Shown here one piece after another: positions 1 through 9,233 of a stretch of 30,090 bases of DNA. Source of the DNA: Kiloniellales bacterium (lineage in GTDB: Bacteria > Pseudomonadota > Alphaproteobacteria > Kiloniellales > JAKSDN01); NCBI GenBank assembly GCA_036444135.1, contig JAZFZX010000252.1, positions 1 to 30,090 of the forward strand, written 5' to 3'. Below the pieces are notes generated by a model. The model was not told the DNA's origin, made no database searches, and saw nothing but the letters and a program-made list of their open reading frames with translations. A program made the translations under genes and the position numbers. The first letter of the stretch is position 1, and every line of letters starts with the position of its first letter.

Positions 1-40
1 TGTAGGGTGCCGTAAGAGATCTCCCCACTACATGTAGCGG
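1..40. promoter_or_regulatory. Tandem NrdR-box-like palindromes (first box cut by the window edge)
   Basis: CCACTACATGTAGCGG (25-40) is a 16-bp palindrome with one mismatch that fits the NrdR consensus aCaCwAtATaTwGtGt at its conserved positions. A matching right half, TGTAGGGT (1-8), lies 32 bp upstream of the right half TGTAGCGG (33-40). Confidence 0.6.
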
Positions 41-55
41 CCACGATTAATGCTC

Positions 56-70
56 CTAACCTCTTGTTAA
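56..70. promoter_or_regulatory. CtrA-box-like site
   Basis: CTAA-CCTCTTG-TTAA is TTAA-N7-TTAA with one mismatch. An extra TTAA lies at 47-50. Confidence 0.45.
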
Positions 71-90
71 ACCCGTGCGATTACTTGTGC

Positions 91-135
91 TCCCATTGAC
101 ACCCATCAGATCCCATGATATCCCACAACGTTCCA
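91..135. promoter_or_regulatory. MraZ operator: five pentamer repeats with 10-bp period
   Basis: TCCCA (91), ACCCA (101), TCCCA (111), TCCCA (121), TTCCA (131). On the bottom strand these read TGGGA/TGGGT/TGGAA, the TGGGN-N5 repeat that MraZ binds upstream of mraZ. Confidence 0.8.
96..124 (+). promoter_or_regulatory. Putative sigma70 promoter of the dcw operon
   Basis: Perfect TTGACA (96-101), 17-bp spacer, then TATCCC (119-124) preceded by an extended TGn. The -10 lacks the -7 T, which is common in Alphaproteobacteria. Confidence 0.6.
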
Positions 136-216
136 TGATCGGGTGGATTGTCTCCGGTGATCAGGGCGCGGGAGACAAAGTGGTGCTAGGGGCAATTACA
201 GAGACGGGAGAGCCAG

Positions 217-687
217 GTGTCGGTGTTCATTGGCACCTTCGAAAACAAGGTGGACCGTAAGGGCCGGGTTTCGGTACCCGCCCCCTTCCGGCAGATCTTG
301 GCCACCTCGGTTTTCCAGGGGATCATCGCCTTTCGCTACACCACCCCCAACGCCATGGAGGCCTGCAGCCTCGAGTTCATGGAACGCCTCGACCAGGGCG
401 TCTCGGACTTCAACCTGTTTTCCGACGAACACGACGACCTGGCCTTCAGTATCTTCGCGGACTCCCACCAGTTGCCGTTCGACGGCGAGGGCCGGGTGAT
501 CATGCCGGCGCCGTTGATCGAGATCACGGGGATCGACGCCCGGGCGGCCTTCGTCGGCAAGGGGCAGACCTTCCAGATCTGGGAGCCCGAGGCGCTGCAA
601 CGCCGCAAGGCCGAGGCCCGGATCCGCACGCGCGATCAGAAGCTCACCTTGCGATTGCGCCGCGATGATGGCGGAGGTTCGCAATGA
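217..687 (+). CDS. mraZ: Transcriptional regulator MraZ
   Basis: GTG start with GGGAG RBS. Two SpoVT/AbrB repeats with DxxGR motifs (VDRKGRVSVP, FDGEGRVIMP) and FVGKGQTFQIW. First gene of the dcw cluster. Confidence 0.96.
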   Translation: MSVFIGTFENKVDRKGRVSVPAPFRQILATSVFQGIIAFRYTTPNAMEACSLEFMERLDQGVSDFNLFSDEHDDLAFSIFADSHQLPFDGEGRVIMPAPLIEITGIDARAAFVGKGQTFQIWEPEALQRRKAEARIRTRDQKLTLRLRRDDGGGSQ

Positions 688-1685
688 GCCCGGCCGCCGA
701 CAACGAAGCCGACGGCCATGCGCCGGTTATGCTGCAAGAGGTTATCGAGGCTCTGGCCCCGCGCCGTGAGGCGATCTACGTCGACGGCACTTTCGGCGCC
801 GGCGGTTACAGCCGCGCCCTGCTGGATGCGGCGGCGTGCACGGTCTGGGGCATCGACCGCGACCCGGACGCCGTCGGCCGCGGCGCGGCCCTGGCGCGCG
901 GCTACCCGGGACGCTTCGAGGCCATCGAAGGCTGCTTCGGCAACATGGATCGGCTGATCGAGACGCAGGGCGTCGGGCCGGTCGACGGCGTCGCGCTCGA
1001 CCTCGGGGTCTCGTCCATGCAGCTCGCCGCGCCCGAGCGCGGCTTTTCCTTTCAGGCCGACGGCCCGCTGGACATGCGCATGTCCGGCCCGGGCCAGGCG
1101 TCGGGCCCGAGCGCCGCAGAGCTGGTCAACGAACTTTCGGAGGATGCGCTGGCCGACATCCTGCGGCGCTATGGCGAAGAGCGGAAGGCCAGACAGATCG
1201 CACGCGCCATCGTCGCCGCCCGCAGCAAGAAACGGATCGAGCGGACGGGCGAACTGGCTGACATCGTGCGCAGTGTGGTGCGCCGCGGCCCGGACGGCCG
1301 CGATCCGGCGACCCGTACCTTCCAGGCGATCCGCATCTGTGTGAACGACGAGATCGGCGAGCTGAGGCGCGGCCTGGGCGCCGCCGAACGGCTGTTGGCG
1401 CCGGGCGGGCGCCTGGCGGTGGTCTCGTTCCACTCGCTGGAAGACCGCGAGGTCAAGGCCTTCCTCAAGGAGCGGAGCGGCGACAGGCCCGGTACCTCCC
1501 GCCATCTGCCCGAAGACCCGCGGCCCAAGCAGCCGCCCAGCTTCGAGCTTCTCCACAAGGCCGCCCGGCGGCCCAGCGCGGCGGAATGCGCCGCCAATCC
1601 ACGGGCCCGCTCGGCCCGCCTGCGCGCCGCGCGGCGCACTGCCGCCCCGGCCTGGCAAGCATCAGCTATGGAGGTTTCACTTTGA
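684..1685 (+). CDS. rsmH: 16S rRNA m4C1402 methyltransferase RsmH (MraW)
   Basis: HAPVML, VDGTFGAGGYS, DLGVSSMQL, LDMRM, ATRTFQAIRI, VVSFHSLEDR and NPRARSARLR motifs. ATGA overlap with mraZ. Confidence 0.97.
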   Translation: MSPAADNEADGHAPVMLQEVIEALAPRREAIYVDGTFGAGGYSRALLDAAACTVWGIDRDPDAVGRGAALARGYPGRFEAIEGCFGNMDRLIETQGVGPVDGVALDLGVSSMQLAAPERGFSFQADGPLDMRMSGPGQASGPSAAELVNELSEDALADILRRYGEERKARQIARAIVAARSKKRIERTGELADIVRSVVRRGPDGRDPATRTFQAIRICVNDEIGELRRGLGAAERLLAPGGRLAVVSFHSLEDREVKAFLKERSGDRPGTSRHLPEDPRPKQPPSFELLHKAARRPSAAECAANPRARSARLRAARRTAAPAWQASAMEVSL

Positions 1686-2053
1686 CCCGTTTTGCCGCCA
1701 GTTGGCTGATCGCCGTGACCGTCGGCGCCCTTGCCCTGTTCTATGTGAGCCACACGGTCGAGCGCCTGGAAGAGGGTCTCGCCCGTCAGCAGCACGCCAT
1801 CCTGCAGCACCAGGAGGCCATCCACGTCCTGGAGGCCGAGTGGAGCTACCTCAACCAGCCAAGGCGGATCGCCGATCTGGCCCAACGTTATTTGGCGCTG
1901 GCCCCCCTGTCTGCCGACCATGTGGTCGGCATCAAAGACCTGCCGCAGCGCCTAGAGCTCGGGAACGACGACGTGGTTCCCGGGCTCCCCCCCGCAAGCC
2001 CGGCCGTCACGCCGGCGCAGCCGACATTGGCCAGCATGAGGTCCGCCCAATGA
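1682..2053 (+). CDS. ftsL: Cell division protein FtsL
   Basis: TTG start (TTGA overlap with the rsmH stop) after a GGAGGT RBS. One TM helix, a coiled coil and the alphaproteobacterial FtsL motif IHVLEAEWSYLNQPRRI. Lies between rsmH and ftsI. Confidence 0.88.
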   Translation: MTRFAASWLIAVTVGALALFYVSHTVERLEEGLARQQHAILQHQEAIHVLEAEWSYLNQPRRIADLAQRYLALAPLSADHVVGIKDLPQRLELGNDDVVPGLPPASPAVTPAQPTLASMRSAQ

Positions 2054-3804
2054 CAGGCGGACCGCCGCCGGCCAGCAACGCCCTATTCGCTCGTGAGTCC
2101 TTTACGCGTCTCCACGACCAGCCCTTGGTGACCCTCGACGGCGTCGCCAAGCAGGCGCTCGAAACGGGCCGCACCCGCCTTCTGGTCACCGGCTTCGTCT
2201 TTGCCTTGGCGTTCCTCGCGATCGGGCTGCGCCTGGTCGAGCTGGGTGTGGTTCGCGAGGGCAACGAGCCGCGCCTGGCCCGCGGTGAAATCGGTCGCGC
2301 GCTCAACATGGGGCGCGCCAATATCGTCGACCGCAACGGCATAGTCCTGGCGACCACGCTGCCGACTCAATCGCTCTACGCCGATCCGCGTCAGGTGTCG
2401 GACCCCGGGCAGACAGCGGCCGCCCTGATCGAGGTTCTGCCCGGCCTCTCCAAGGCCAAAGTCGAGGCCAAGCTACGCCTCCAGCGGGGCTTTATCTGGC
2501 TCAAGCGCAACCTGACGCCGCGCCAGCAATATCTGGTCAACCGCCTGGGGCTGCCGGGCCTGCACTTTCAGCGGGAGCTCGACCGGGTCTATCCCCTCGG
2601 CCCCCTGACGGCGCAGATCGTCGGCTTCACCGACGTGGACAACAACGGGCTGGCCGGCATCGAACGGTCGTTCGACGAGGTCTTGCGCAACGGCGACCAG
2701 CCGGTGCGCCTCAGCATTGACGTGCGGGTCCAGCACATCCTGGCCGAGGAAATGGCGGCGGCCATTGCCGAGTTCCACGCGGTGGGCGGTGCCGGATTGG
2801 TTCTGGACGTGGACAGCGGCGAATTGATCGCCATGGTCTCTCTGCCCACCTTCGACCCGAACCGCCCGGGCGAGGCGCCAAGCGAGGCGCGCTTCAACCG
2901 CGCGACCTTGGGCATCTACGAGATGGGCTCGGTGTTCAAGATCTTCACGGCCGCCATGGCGCTCGACGAAGGCATCGTCGAACTCAGCGACGGCTACGAC
3001 GTCCGCAAGCCCATTCGGGTAGCCCGCTTCACGATCCGCGACTTCAAGCCCAAGAACCGGTGGCTCTCGGTCCCCGAGATCTTCATCTATTCGAGCAACA
3101 TCGGCGCGGTGCACATGGCAATGGACGCCGGCACCCCGGTCCAACAGGCTTTTCTCGCACGTCTCGGCCTGACCCAGGCGGTGGCGATCGAGCTGCCGGA
3201 GGTTGGCCAGCCGATGCTCCCCTCGCCGTGGCGCGAGATCAACACCATGACCATCGCCTATGGACACGGCCTGGCGGTCAGCCCGCTGCAACTGACGCGC
3301 GCCGTCGCCGCGGTGGTCAACGGCGGCTTGCTGAAGCCGACCACTCTGCTGAAGGCCGATGCCGCGGAACCGCCCGCCGGCCAGCGCGTCATCGCGCAGG
3401 AAACTTCCCGCGAGATGTCCTGGCTGATGCGTCTGGTGGTCCAGTACGGCACCGGCCGCCAGGCGAACGCGCCGGGTTATCTGGTCGGCGGCAAGACCGG
3501 CACCGCGGACAAGCTGGTCGGCCGGCGCTACGTCGACGATGCGCGGATGGCCACCTTCGTCGGCGCCTTTCCCATGGACCAGCCGCGCTACGTGGTGCTG
3601 GTCATCGTCGACGAACCCAAGGGCATCGAGCGTACCCACGGCTACGCCACCGGCGGCTGGGTCGCGGCGCCCGTGGTGCGAAAGGTGGTCGAACGCATGG
3701 GCCCTCTGGTCGGCATCCGGCCGCATCCGGCCGCTGAGGTGGCTGGCATGGACCAATTGCTGATTCCGGCGAAGGCCGAAGGATTCGTACTTGCGGCTCA
3801 TTGA
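2050..3804 (+). CDS. ftsI: Peptidoglycan D,D-transpeptidase FtsI (PBP3)
   Basis: ATGA overlap with ftsL. N-terminal TM, RANIVDRNG, and catalytic SxxK (GSVFK), SxN (SSN) and KTG (GKTGTA) motifs. Confidence 0.96.
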   Translation: MTGGPPPASNALFARESFTRLHDQPLVTLDGVAKQALETGRTRLLVTGFVFALAFLAIGLRLVELGVVREGNEPRLARGEIGRALNMGRANIVDRNGIVLATTLPTQSLYADPRQVSDPGQTAAALIEVLPGLSKAKVEAKLRLQRGFIWLKRNLTPRQQYLVNRLGLPGLHFQRELDRVYPLGPLTAQIVGFTDVDNNGLAGIERSFDEVLRNGDQPVRLSIDVRVQHILAEEMAAAIAEFHAVGGAGLVLDVDSGELIAMVSLPTFDPNRPGEAPSEARFNRATLGIYEMGSVFKIFTAAMALDEGIVELSDGYDVRKPIRVARFTIRDFKPKNRWLSVPEIFIYSSNIGAVHMAMDAGTPVQQAFLARLGLTQAVAIELPEVGQPMLPSPWREINTMTIAYGHGLAVSPLQLTRAVAAVVNGGLLKPTTLLKADAAEPPAGQRVIAQETSREMSWLMRLVVQYGTGRQANAPGYLVGGKTGTADKLVGRRYVDDARMATFVGAFPMDQPRYVVLVIVDEPKGIERTHGYATGGWVAAPVVRKVVERMGPLVGIRPHPAAEVAGMDQLLIPAKAEGFVLAAH

Positions 3805-5269
3805 TTTAGCGGGGGAGGCAGAAGACGGAATGGCGGCGGTATCCTTGGCAGAAGCGGTCGAGGTGACGGGGCTTACGGCGGACAGCCGCAAGGTCGCGCC
3901 GGGCTTCCTGTTCGCCGCCCTGCCCGGCGGCCAGACCGACGGCCGCGATTTCATCGACGAAGCAGTGGACAAGGGCGCCGTGGCGGTGCTCGCGCCGGCG
4001 GGGACCGAGCTCAAGGACTACGGCCGGCCGATCGCGCTGGTCGAGGACGCCAACCCGCGCCGGCGGCTCGCCGTCCTGGCGGCGCGGTTCTTCGACGCCC
4101 AGCCCGAGCTGGTGGCCGCCGTCACCGGCACCAACGGCAAGACCTCGGTGGCGGACTTCACCCGCCAGATCTGGGATCGCGCCGCACTGCCCGCGGCGAG
4201 CCTGGGCACCCTGGGCCTGGTGCCGCCGCACGAGTGCGCGCCCTCCTCCCTCACCACGCCCGATCCGGTCGAGCTGCACCAATGCCTGGCGGCCCTCGCC
4301 GAGGACGGCATTCGCCGCCTGGTCATTGAGGCATCCAGCCACGGGCTCGACCAGTTCCGCCTGGACGGTGTGCGGATCGCCGCGGCGGCCTTTACCAACC
4401 TGTCGCGCGACCACCTCGACTATCACGGCGACATGCCGGCCTATTTCACGGCCAAGCGGCGCCTCTTCGCGGAGCTGGTGGAAAGCGGCGGCACCGCGGT
4501 GTTGAACGCCGACGATCCGGCCTTCCCCGACCTGGAGGAAGTGGCCTTGGCGCGCGGCCTGAGGGTGCTCAGTTACGGCCGGGCGGGCCGCAATCTGGTT
4601 TTGCGCGAGGTTGCGCCAACACCGAACGGCCTGTTCATCACCTTCGACCTCTGCGGCCAGCGCGAGCAAGCAGCGCTGCCGTTGGCCGGTACGTTCCAGG
4701 CCTACAACGTGCTCGCGGCCCTCGGGCTCGCCATCGCCACCGGCGCCGACCGGGAGGCCGCTGTGGCCGCGCTGGCCACGCTCGAAGGCGTGGCCGGCCG
4801 CATGGAGCGGATCGGCCGCACACCCTCCGGCGGCGAGATCTACGTCGACTACGCGCACACGCCCGACGCGCTGGCCACCGCGCTCAAGGCTCTGCGGCCA
4901 CATGCGCAGGGCCGCCTCTGGGTGGTCTTCGGGTGCGGCGGTGACCGGGACCGGGGCAAGCGGCCCCAGATGGGTGCGATCGCCACCGAGCTGGCCGACC
5001 GGGCCATCGTTACCGACGACAACCCGCGCAGCGAGGACCCGGCCACGATCCGCGCCGAGATATTGGCAGCCGCTCCGGGGGGTCGTGAGATCGGCGACCG
5101 CCGCCAGGCGATCGACACGGCCATCGCCGAGCTGGCCGAGGGCGACGTGCTGGTGATCGCCGGAAAGGGCCACGAGCCCGGACAGATCGTGGGCGACCGC
5201 GTCCTGCCGTTCGACGACCGCGAGGTCGCGCGCGCCGCCCTTGGCGCCTTGGCGGAGGACCGGTCATGA
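3791..5269 (+). CDS. murE: UDP-MurNAc-L-Ala-D-Glu:meso-DAP ligase
   Basis: TTG start. VTGTNGKTS, LTTPDP, EASSHGLDQ, NLSRDHLDYH, VDYAHTPDAL, and the DAP-recognition motif DNPR. Confidence 0.96.
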   Translation: MRLIDLAGEAEDGMAAVSLAEAVEVTGLTADSRKVAPGFLFAALPGGQTDGRDFIDEAVDKGAVAVLAPAGTELKDYGRPIALVEDANPRRRLAVLAARFFDAQPELVAAVTGTNGKTSVADFTRQIWDRAALPAASLGTLGLVPPHECAPSSLTTPDPVELHQCLAALAEDGIRRLVIEASSHGLDQFRLDGVRIAAAAFTNLSRDHLDYHGDMPAYFTAKRRLFAELVESGGTAVLNADDPAFPDLEEVALARGLRVLSYGRAGRNLVLREVAPTPNGLFITFDLCGQREQAALPLAGTFQAYNVLAALGLAIATGADREAAVAALATLEGVAGRMERIGRTPSGGEIYVDYAHTPDALATALKALRPHAQGRLWVVFGCGGDRDRGKRPQMGAIATELADRAIVTDDNPRSEDPATIRAEILAAAPGGREIGDRRQAIDTAIAELAEGDVLVIAGKGHEPGQIVGDRVLPFDDREVARAALGALAEDRS

Positions 5270-6693
5270 CGGAGCGCGCCCTGTGGACCGCCGCCGAGGC
5301 GGCGGCCGCCACGGACGGGAACACGCCCAAGGGCTGGTCCGCCAGCGGGGTGTCGATCGACAGCCGATCGCTCCGGCCCGGCGACCTGTTCGTCGCGCTC
5401 AAGGGCCCGAACTTCGACGGCCATGATTTCGTGGCGGCAGCCTTCGAGGCCGGCGCCGCCGCAGCGATGGTGAATGACGACCTTGAGGGCCCGCCGACCG
5501 GCAAACCGTTGCTGCGCGTCGACGACACGCTCAAGGCCCTGTGGGGTCTCGGCGCGGCGGCGCGCGCGCGCAGCCAGGCTCGCTTCATCGGCGTGACCGG
5601 CAGCGTCGGCAAGACCGGCACCAAGGAAGCCCTGCGCGCCTGCCTGTCGGCGTTGGCGCCTACCGCGGCCAACGAGGCCAGCCTCAACAACCACTGGGGC
5701 CTGCCCCTTTCACTCGCCCGCATGACGCGCGATGCGGCCTACGGCGTTTTCGAGCTGGGCATGAACCATCCGGGCGAGATCGCCCGGCTGTCGCGACTCG
5801 TCCAACCCGACGTCGCGGTCATCACCAACGTCGAACCGGCGCACATCGCGTTCTTTGATTCGGTCGCCGAGATCGCCGAGGCCAAAGCGGAAATCTTTGC
5901 CGGCATGTCGGACGACGGCATCGCCGTTCTGAACCGGGATCATGCGCTGTTCCACCTGCTGCGCGAACGCGCGGTGGCCGCCGGGCTGAACCGGATCATC
6001 GGCTTCGGCCGGCATCCCGAGGCGGACGTGCGGGCGCTGGCGCACAGCCACGACGAGACGGGAAGCGAGGTGCGCGCCGCGGTCCTCGGCCAGGAGATCG
6101 ACTACCGCATTTCGATCCCGGGCCTGCACTGGGTCGTCAATTCTCTGGGCGCACTCGCCGCGGTCGCCGCGGTCGAGGGCGACGTAGCCCGTGTGGCCAA
6201 CGAACTCGCCCGCCTGAAGCCGCTCAAGGGCCGGGGCGAGCGCTCCACCCAGACGCTGCCGGGCGGCACCTTCGAGTTGATCGACGACAGCTACAACGCC
6301 AATCCATCGTCGATGAAGGCGGCGATCCAGGTGCTCTCGGGCATCACCGTCGCGAAGGGCGCGCGGCGCGTCGCGGTGCTCGGCGACATGCTGGAACTGG
6401 GCGACGAGGCCGAGGCGCACCATGCGCGGCTGGCCCGGCCGCTGGAGCGCGCCGCCGTCGACCTGGTGTTCACCTGCGGCCCCGCCATGAACAGCCTGCA
6501 CGAAGCTCTGCCGAAGGCCATGCGCGGCGGCCACACCCCCGACTCGCGCGGGCTCGCGCCACTGGTGGCGGGCTTCCTCGCGCCCGGCGACGCGGTGCTG
6601 GTCAAAGGGTCGCTCGGCAGCCGCATGAGCCTCGTCGTGGAGACGCTCAAGTCCATCGAGGCCGACCCGCCGCGCGCGGTCAACGGCGAGTAG
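5266..6693 (+). CDS. murF: UDP-MurNAc-tripeptide:D-Ala-D-Ala ligase
   Basis: [58 protein letters not shown]. Confidence 0.96.
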   Translation: MTERALWTAAEAAAATDGNTPKGWSASGVSIDSRSLRPGDLFVALKGPNFDGHDFVAAAFEAGAAAAMVNDDLEGPPTGKPLLRVDDTLKALWGLGAAARARSQARFIGVTGSVGKTGTKEALRACLSALAPTAANEASLNNHWGLPLSLARMTRDAAYGVFELGMNHPGEIARLSRLVQPDVAVITNVEPAHIAFFDSVAEIAEAKAEIFAGMSDDGIAVLNRDHALFHLLRERAVAAGLNRIIGFGRHPEADVRALAHSHDETGSEVRAAVLGQEIDYRISIPGLHWVVNSLGALAAVAAVEGDVARVANELARLKPLKGRGERSTQTLPGGTFELIDDSYNANPSSMKAAIQVLSGITVAKGARRVAVLGDMLELGDEAEAHHARLARPLERAAVDLVFTCGPAMNSLHEALPKAMRGGHTPDSRGLAPLVAGFLAPGDAVLVKGSLGSRMSLVVETLKSIEADPPRAVNGE

Positions 6694-6703
6694 GGGGCCT
6701 CGC

Positions 6704-7792
6704 ATGCTGTTCAACCTGCTCACCCCCCTGGCCGACGACTACATCATCTTCAACCTGTTCCGCTATCTGACCTTCCGCAGCGGCGGCGCCGTGCTGACGG
6801 CGCTGGTCATCAGCTTCGTCGTCGGCCCGCGCATCATTCAATGGCTGAAGGCCAAGCAGGGCGCGGGACAGCCGATCCGCGACGACGGGCCGGAATCCCA
6901 CGTGCGGACCAAGGCGGGCACGCCGACCATGGGCGGCTTCCTCATCCTCCTGGCGCTCTGCGTGTCGACCCTGCTGTGGGCGGATCTGACCAACGGCTTC
7001 GTGTGGGCGATCCTCTACATCACGATCGGCTTCGGCACGATCGGCTTTGCCGACGACATGTTGAAGCTCACCCGGCGCAGCTCCCACGGCCTGCCCAGCC
7101 GGTTCAAGCTGCTGGCCCAGATCGTGATCGGCACCTTTGCGGTCATCTGGCTCATCCAGTTGAGCCCGGAGGGCGTGGAAACCCGCCTTGCCATTCCCTT
7201 CCTGAAGAACGTCATGATCGACCTCGGCTGGTTCTTTGGGGTTTTCGGCGTGATGGTGCTGGTCGGCGCCTCGAACGCGGTCAATCTAACCGATGGACTG
7301 GATGGCCTCGCCATCGTGCCGGTCATGATCGCGGCGGGCTGCTTCGCGCTCATCGCCTATCTGGCCGGCAACGCGGTGTTCGCCAGCTACCTGCAAATCC
7401 ACTACGTGGCCGGCACCGGCGAGCTGGCCGTCTTCTGCGGCGCACTTGTCGGCGCCAGCCTGGGCTTCCTGTGGTTCAACGCACCGCCGGCCATGGTCTT
7501 CATGGGCGACACCGGGTCGCTGTCGGTGGGCGGCGCGTTGGGCGGCATTTCGATCGTCACCAAGCACGAGCTGGTGCTCGCCATCATCGGCGGCCTGTTC
7601 GTCCTCGAAGCCGTGTCCGTCATCGTCCAGGTGGTTTCCTTCAAGCTCACCGGCCGGCGCGTGTTCCGTATGGCGCCGCTGCACCATCACTTCGAAAAGA
7701 AGGGTTGGGCTGAGCCGACCATCGTGATCCGCTTCTGGATCATCGCCTCGATCCTTGCCCTCGTGGGCTTGGCAACCCTGAAACTGCGGTAA
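6704..7792 (+). CDS. mraY: Phospho-MurNAc-pentapeptide transferase
   Basis: Multi-TM protein with [30 protein letters not shown] and MAPLHHHFE. Confidence 0.98.
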   Translation: MLFNLLTPLADDYIIFNLFRYLTFRSGGAVLTALVISFVVGPRIIQWLKAKQGAGQPIRDDGPESHVRTKAGTPTMGGFLILLALCVSTLLWADLTNGFVWAILYITIGFGTIGFADDMLKLTRRSSHGLPSRFKLLAQIVIGTFAVIWLIQLSPEGVETRLAIPFLKNVMIDLGWFFGVFGVMVLVGASNAVNLTDGLDGLAIVPVMIAAGCFALIAYLAGNAVFASYLQIHYVAGTGELAVFCGALVGASLGFLWFNAPPAMVFMGDTGSLSVGGALGGISIVTKHELVLAIIGGLFVLEAVSVIVQVVSFKLTGRRVFRMAPLHHHFEKKGWAEPTIVIRFWIIASILALVGLATLKLR

Positions 7793-7802
7793 GGCGGCGG
7801 CG

Positions 7803-9233
7803 GTGATCGATCTCTTCTTCTTCAGTGGCCTGCCTGTTGCCGTTCTCGGGCTCGGCACGTCCGGATTGGCCGCCGCCAAGGCGTTGCAGGCGAGCGGCGC
7901 CGATGTCTGGGCGTGGGACGACAACGAAGACAGCCGCGCGGCCGCGGCGGCCGAGGACGTGCCGCTGGTCGATCTCGCCCAGTGCAACTGGCGGGAGCTG
8001 ACGACCCTGGTCATCTCTCCCGGCATCCCGCACACCCACCCCGAACCCCATCCCGTGGCCGCGCTGGCCCGCCAGCACGGTTGCGAGATCATCGGCGACA
8101 TCGAACTGCTGGCCCGCGCCATGCGCAATGCCTCCTATCTGGGCGTCACCGGCACCAATGGGAAGTCCACGACCACCGCGCTCATCGGCCACGTGCTGGA
8201 GGCGGCGGGCCGTAACGTGGAGGTGGGCGGCAATCTGGGCACGCCGGCGCTGGCGCTGCAGCCGCTCGACAGCGGCGGTTTCTACGTCCTGGAGATGTCG
8301 AGCTATCAGCTGGAGCTGACGGTGTCGATCACCTTCGACGTGGCCGTGCTGCTGAACATCACGCCCGACCACCTCGACCGCCACGGCGGCCTTGAAGGCT
8401 ACACCGACGCCAAGCGGCTCATCTTTCAACGACAGACCAAGCCGCGCACCGCCGTCATCGGCGTGGACGACGAGACCTGCCAGGGGCTTTGGAACGACCT
8501 CGACGCGGCCGGCGAGCAGATCGTGGTGCCGATTTCCGGCGGCGAACGCGCCCACGGCGGCGTCTTCGCCCGCGAAGGGGTGCTCTACGACGACACCGAA
8601 GGCAGCGCGGACCCCGTGCTCGACCTGCGCGAGGTGGCCAGCCTGCCCGGCGTGCACAATTGGCAGAACGCGGCGGCTGCCTATGCCGCCAGCCGGGCCG
8701 TCGGCGTCGATCCGCCGGTGATCGCCGCCTGCATGCGCAGCTATCCGGGCCTGCCGCACCGCCAGGAGCTGGTCGCGCTGATCGACGGCGTGGCCTACGT
8801 GAACGATTCCAAGGCGACCAATGCCGACGCCGCGGCCAAGGCGCTGGCCTGCTACGACCCGATCTACTGGATCGTCGGCGGCCGCGCCAAGGAAGGCGGT
8901 CTGGCGGGCCTGGAGTCCTTTTCCCCGCGCATCGCCCACGCCTTCCCGATCGGCGAGGCTGAGGATGCCTTCGCCGCGGCGCTGGAAGGCCGGGTTCCCG
9001 TGACGCGGTGCGGCGACCTGGCGACCGCCGTCGGCGTGGCCCGTGCCCAAGCGCGCGAAGATGGACGGCCGGGTGCCGTGGTGCTGCTGTCGCCAGCGGC
9101 GGCCTCGTTCGACCAGTTCGAAGACTTCGAGGCCCGCGGCGAGGCCTTCCGCAACCTCGTGGCGGCCCTGCCCGGCGAACGCGACGAGGACAGCCTGCCC
9201 GGCGTGCCGCGGCCCGGAGGGCGCTTGCAATGA
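7803..9233 (+). CDS. murD: UDP-MurNAc-L-Ala:D-Glu ligase
   Basis: GTG start. VLGLGTSG, SPGIP, GVTGTNGKSTTT, LEMSSYQL, NITPDHLDRH, NDSKATN, LLSPAAASFDQF. Confidence 0.97.
   Translation: MIDLFFFSGLPVAVLGLGTSGLAAAKALQASGADVWAWDDNEDSRAAAAAEDVPLVDLAQCNWRELTTLVISPGIPHTHPEPHPVAALARQHGCEIIGDIELLARAMRNASYLGVTGTNGKSTTTALIGHVLEAAGRNVEVGGNLGTPALALQPLDSGGFYVLEMSSYQLELTVSITFDVAVLLNITPDHLDRHGGLEGYTDAKRLIFQRQTKPRTAVIGVDDETCQGLWNDLDAAGEQIVVPISGGERAHGGVFAREGVLYDDTEGSADPVLDLREVASLPGVHNWQNAAAAYAASRAVGVDPPVIAACMRSYPGLPHRQELVALIDGVAYVNDSKATNADAAAKALACYDPIYWIVGGRAKEGGLAGLESFSPRIAHAFPIGEAEDAFAAALEGRVPVTRCGDLATAVGVARAQAREDGRPGAVVLLSPAAASFDQFEDFEARGEAFRNLVAALPGERDEDSLPGVPRPGGRLQ

Noticed and set aside
75-260. 61-aa ORF upstream of and overlapping mraZ
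   Set aside because: Runs through the promoter/operator array and overlaps mraZ out of frame. No RBS or recognisable motif.
1702-2049. Upstream extensions given by the ORF track for ftsI, ftsW, murC, ftsQ, ftsA, ligA and aminopeptidase P
   Set aside because: They are open-frame run-ons into upstream genes or promoters. Overlap starts, promoter position or homology boundaries give better start sites.
2473-4014. Long antisense ORFs (for example 2473-4014, 3806-5173, 7740-9230, 11244-12914, 17316-18950, 23040-24854 on -, and 25899-28055 on +)
   Set aside because: They mirror well-supported genes on the opposite strand. High-GC codon bias depletes antisense stop codons, and the translations show no domain motifs.
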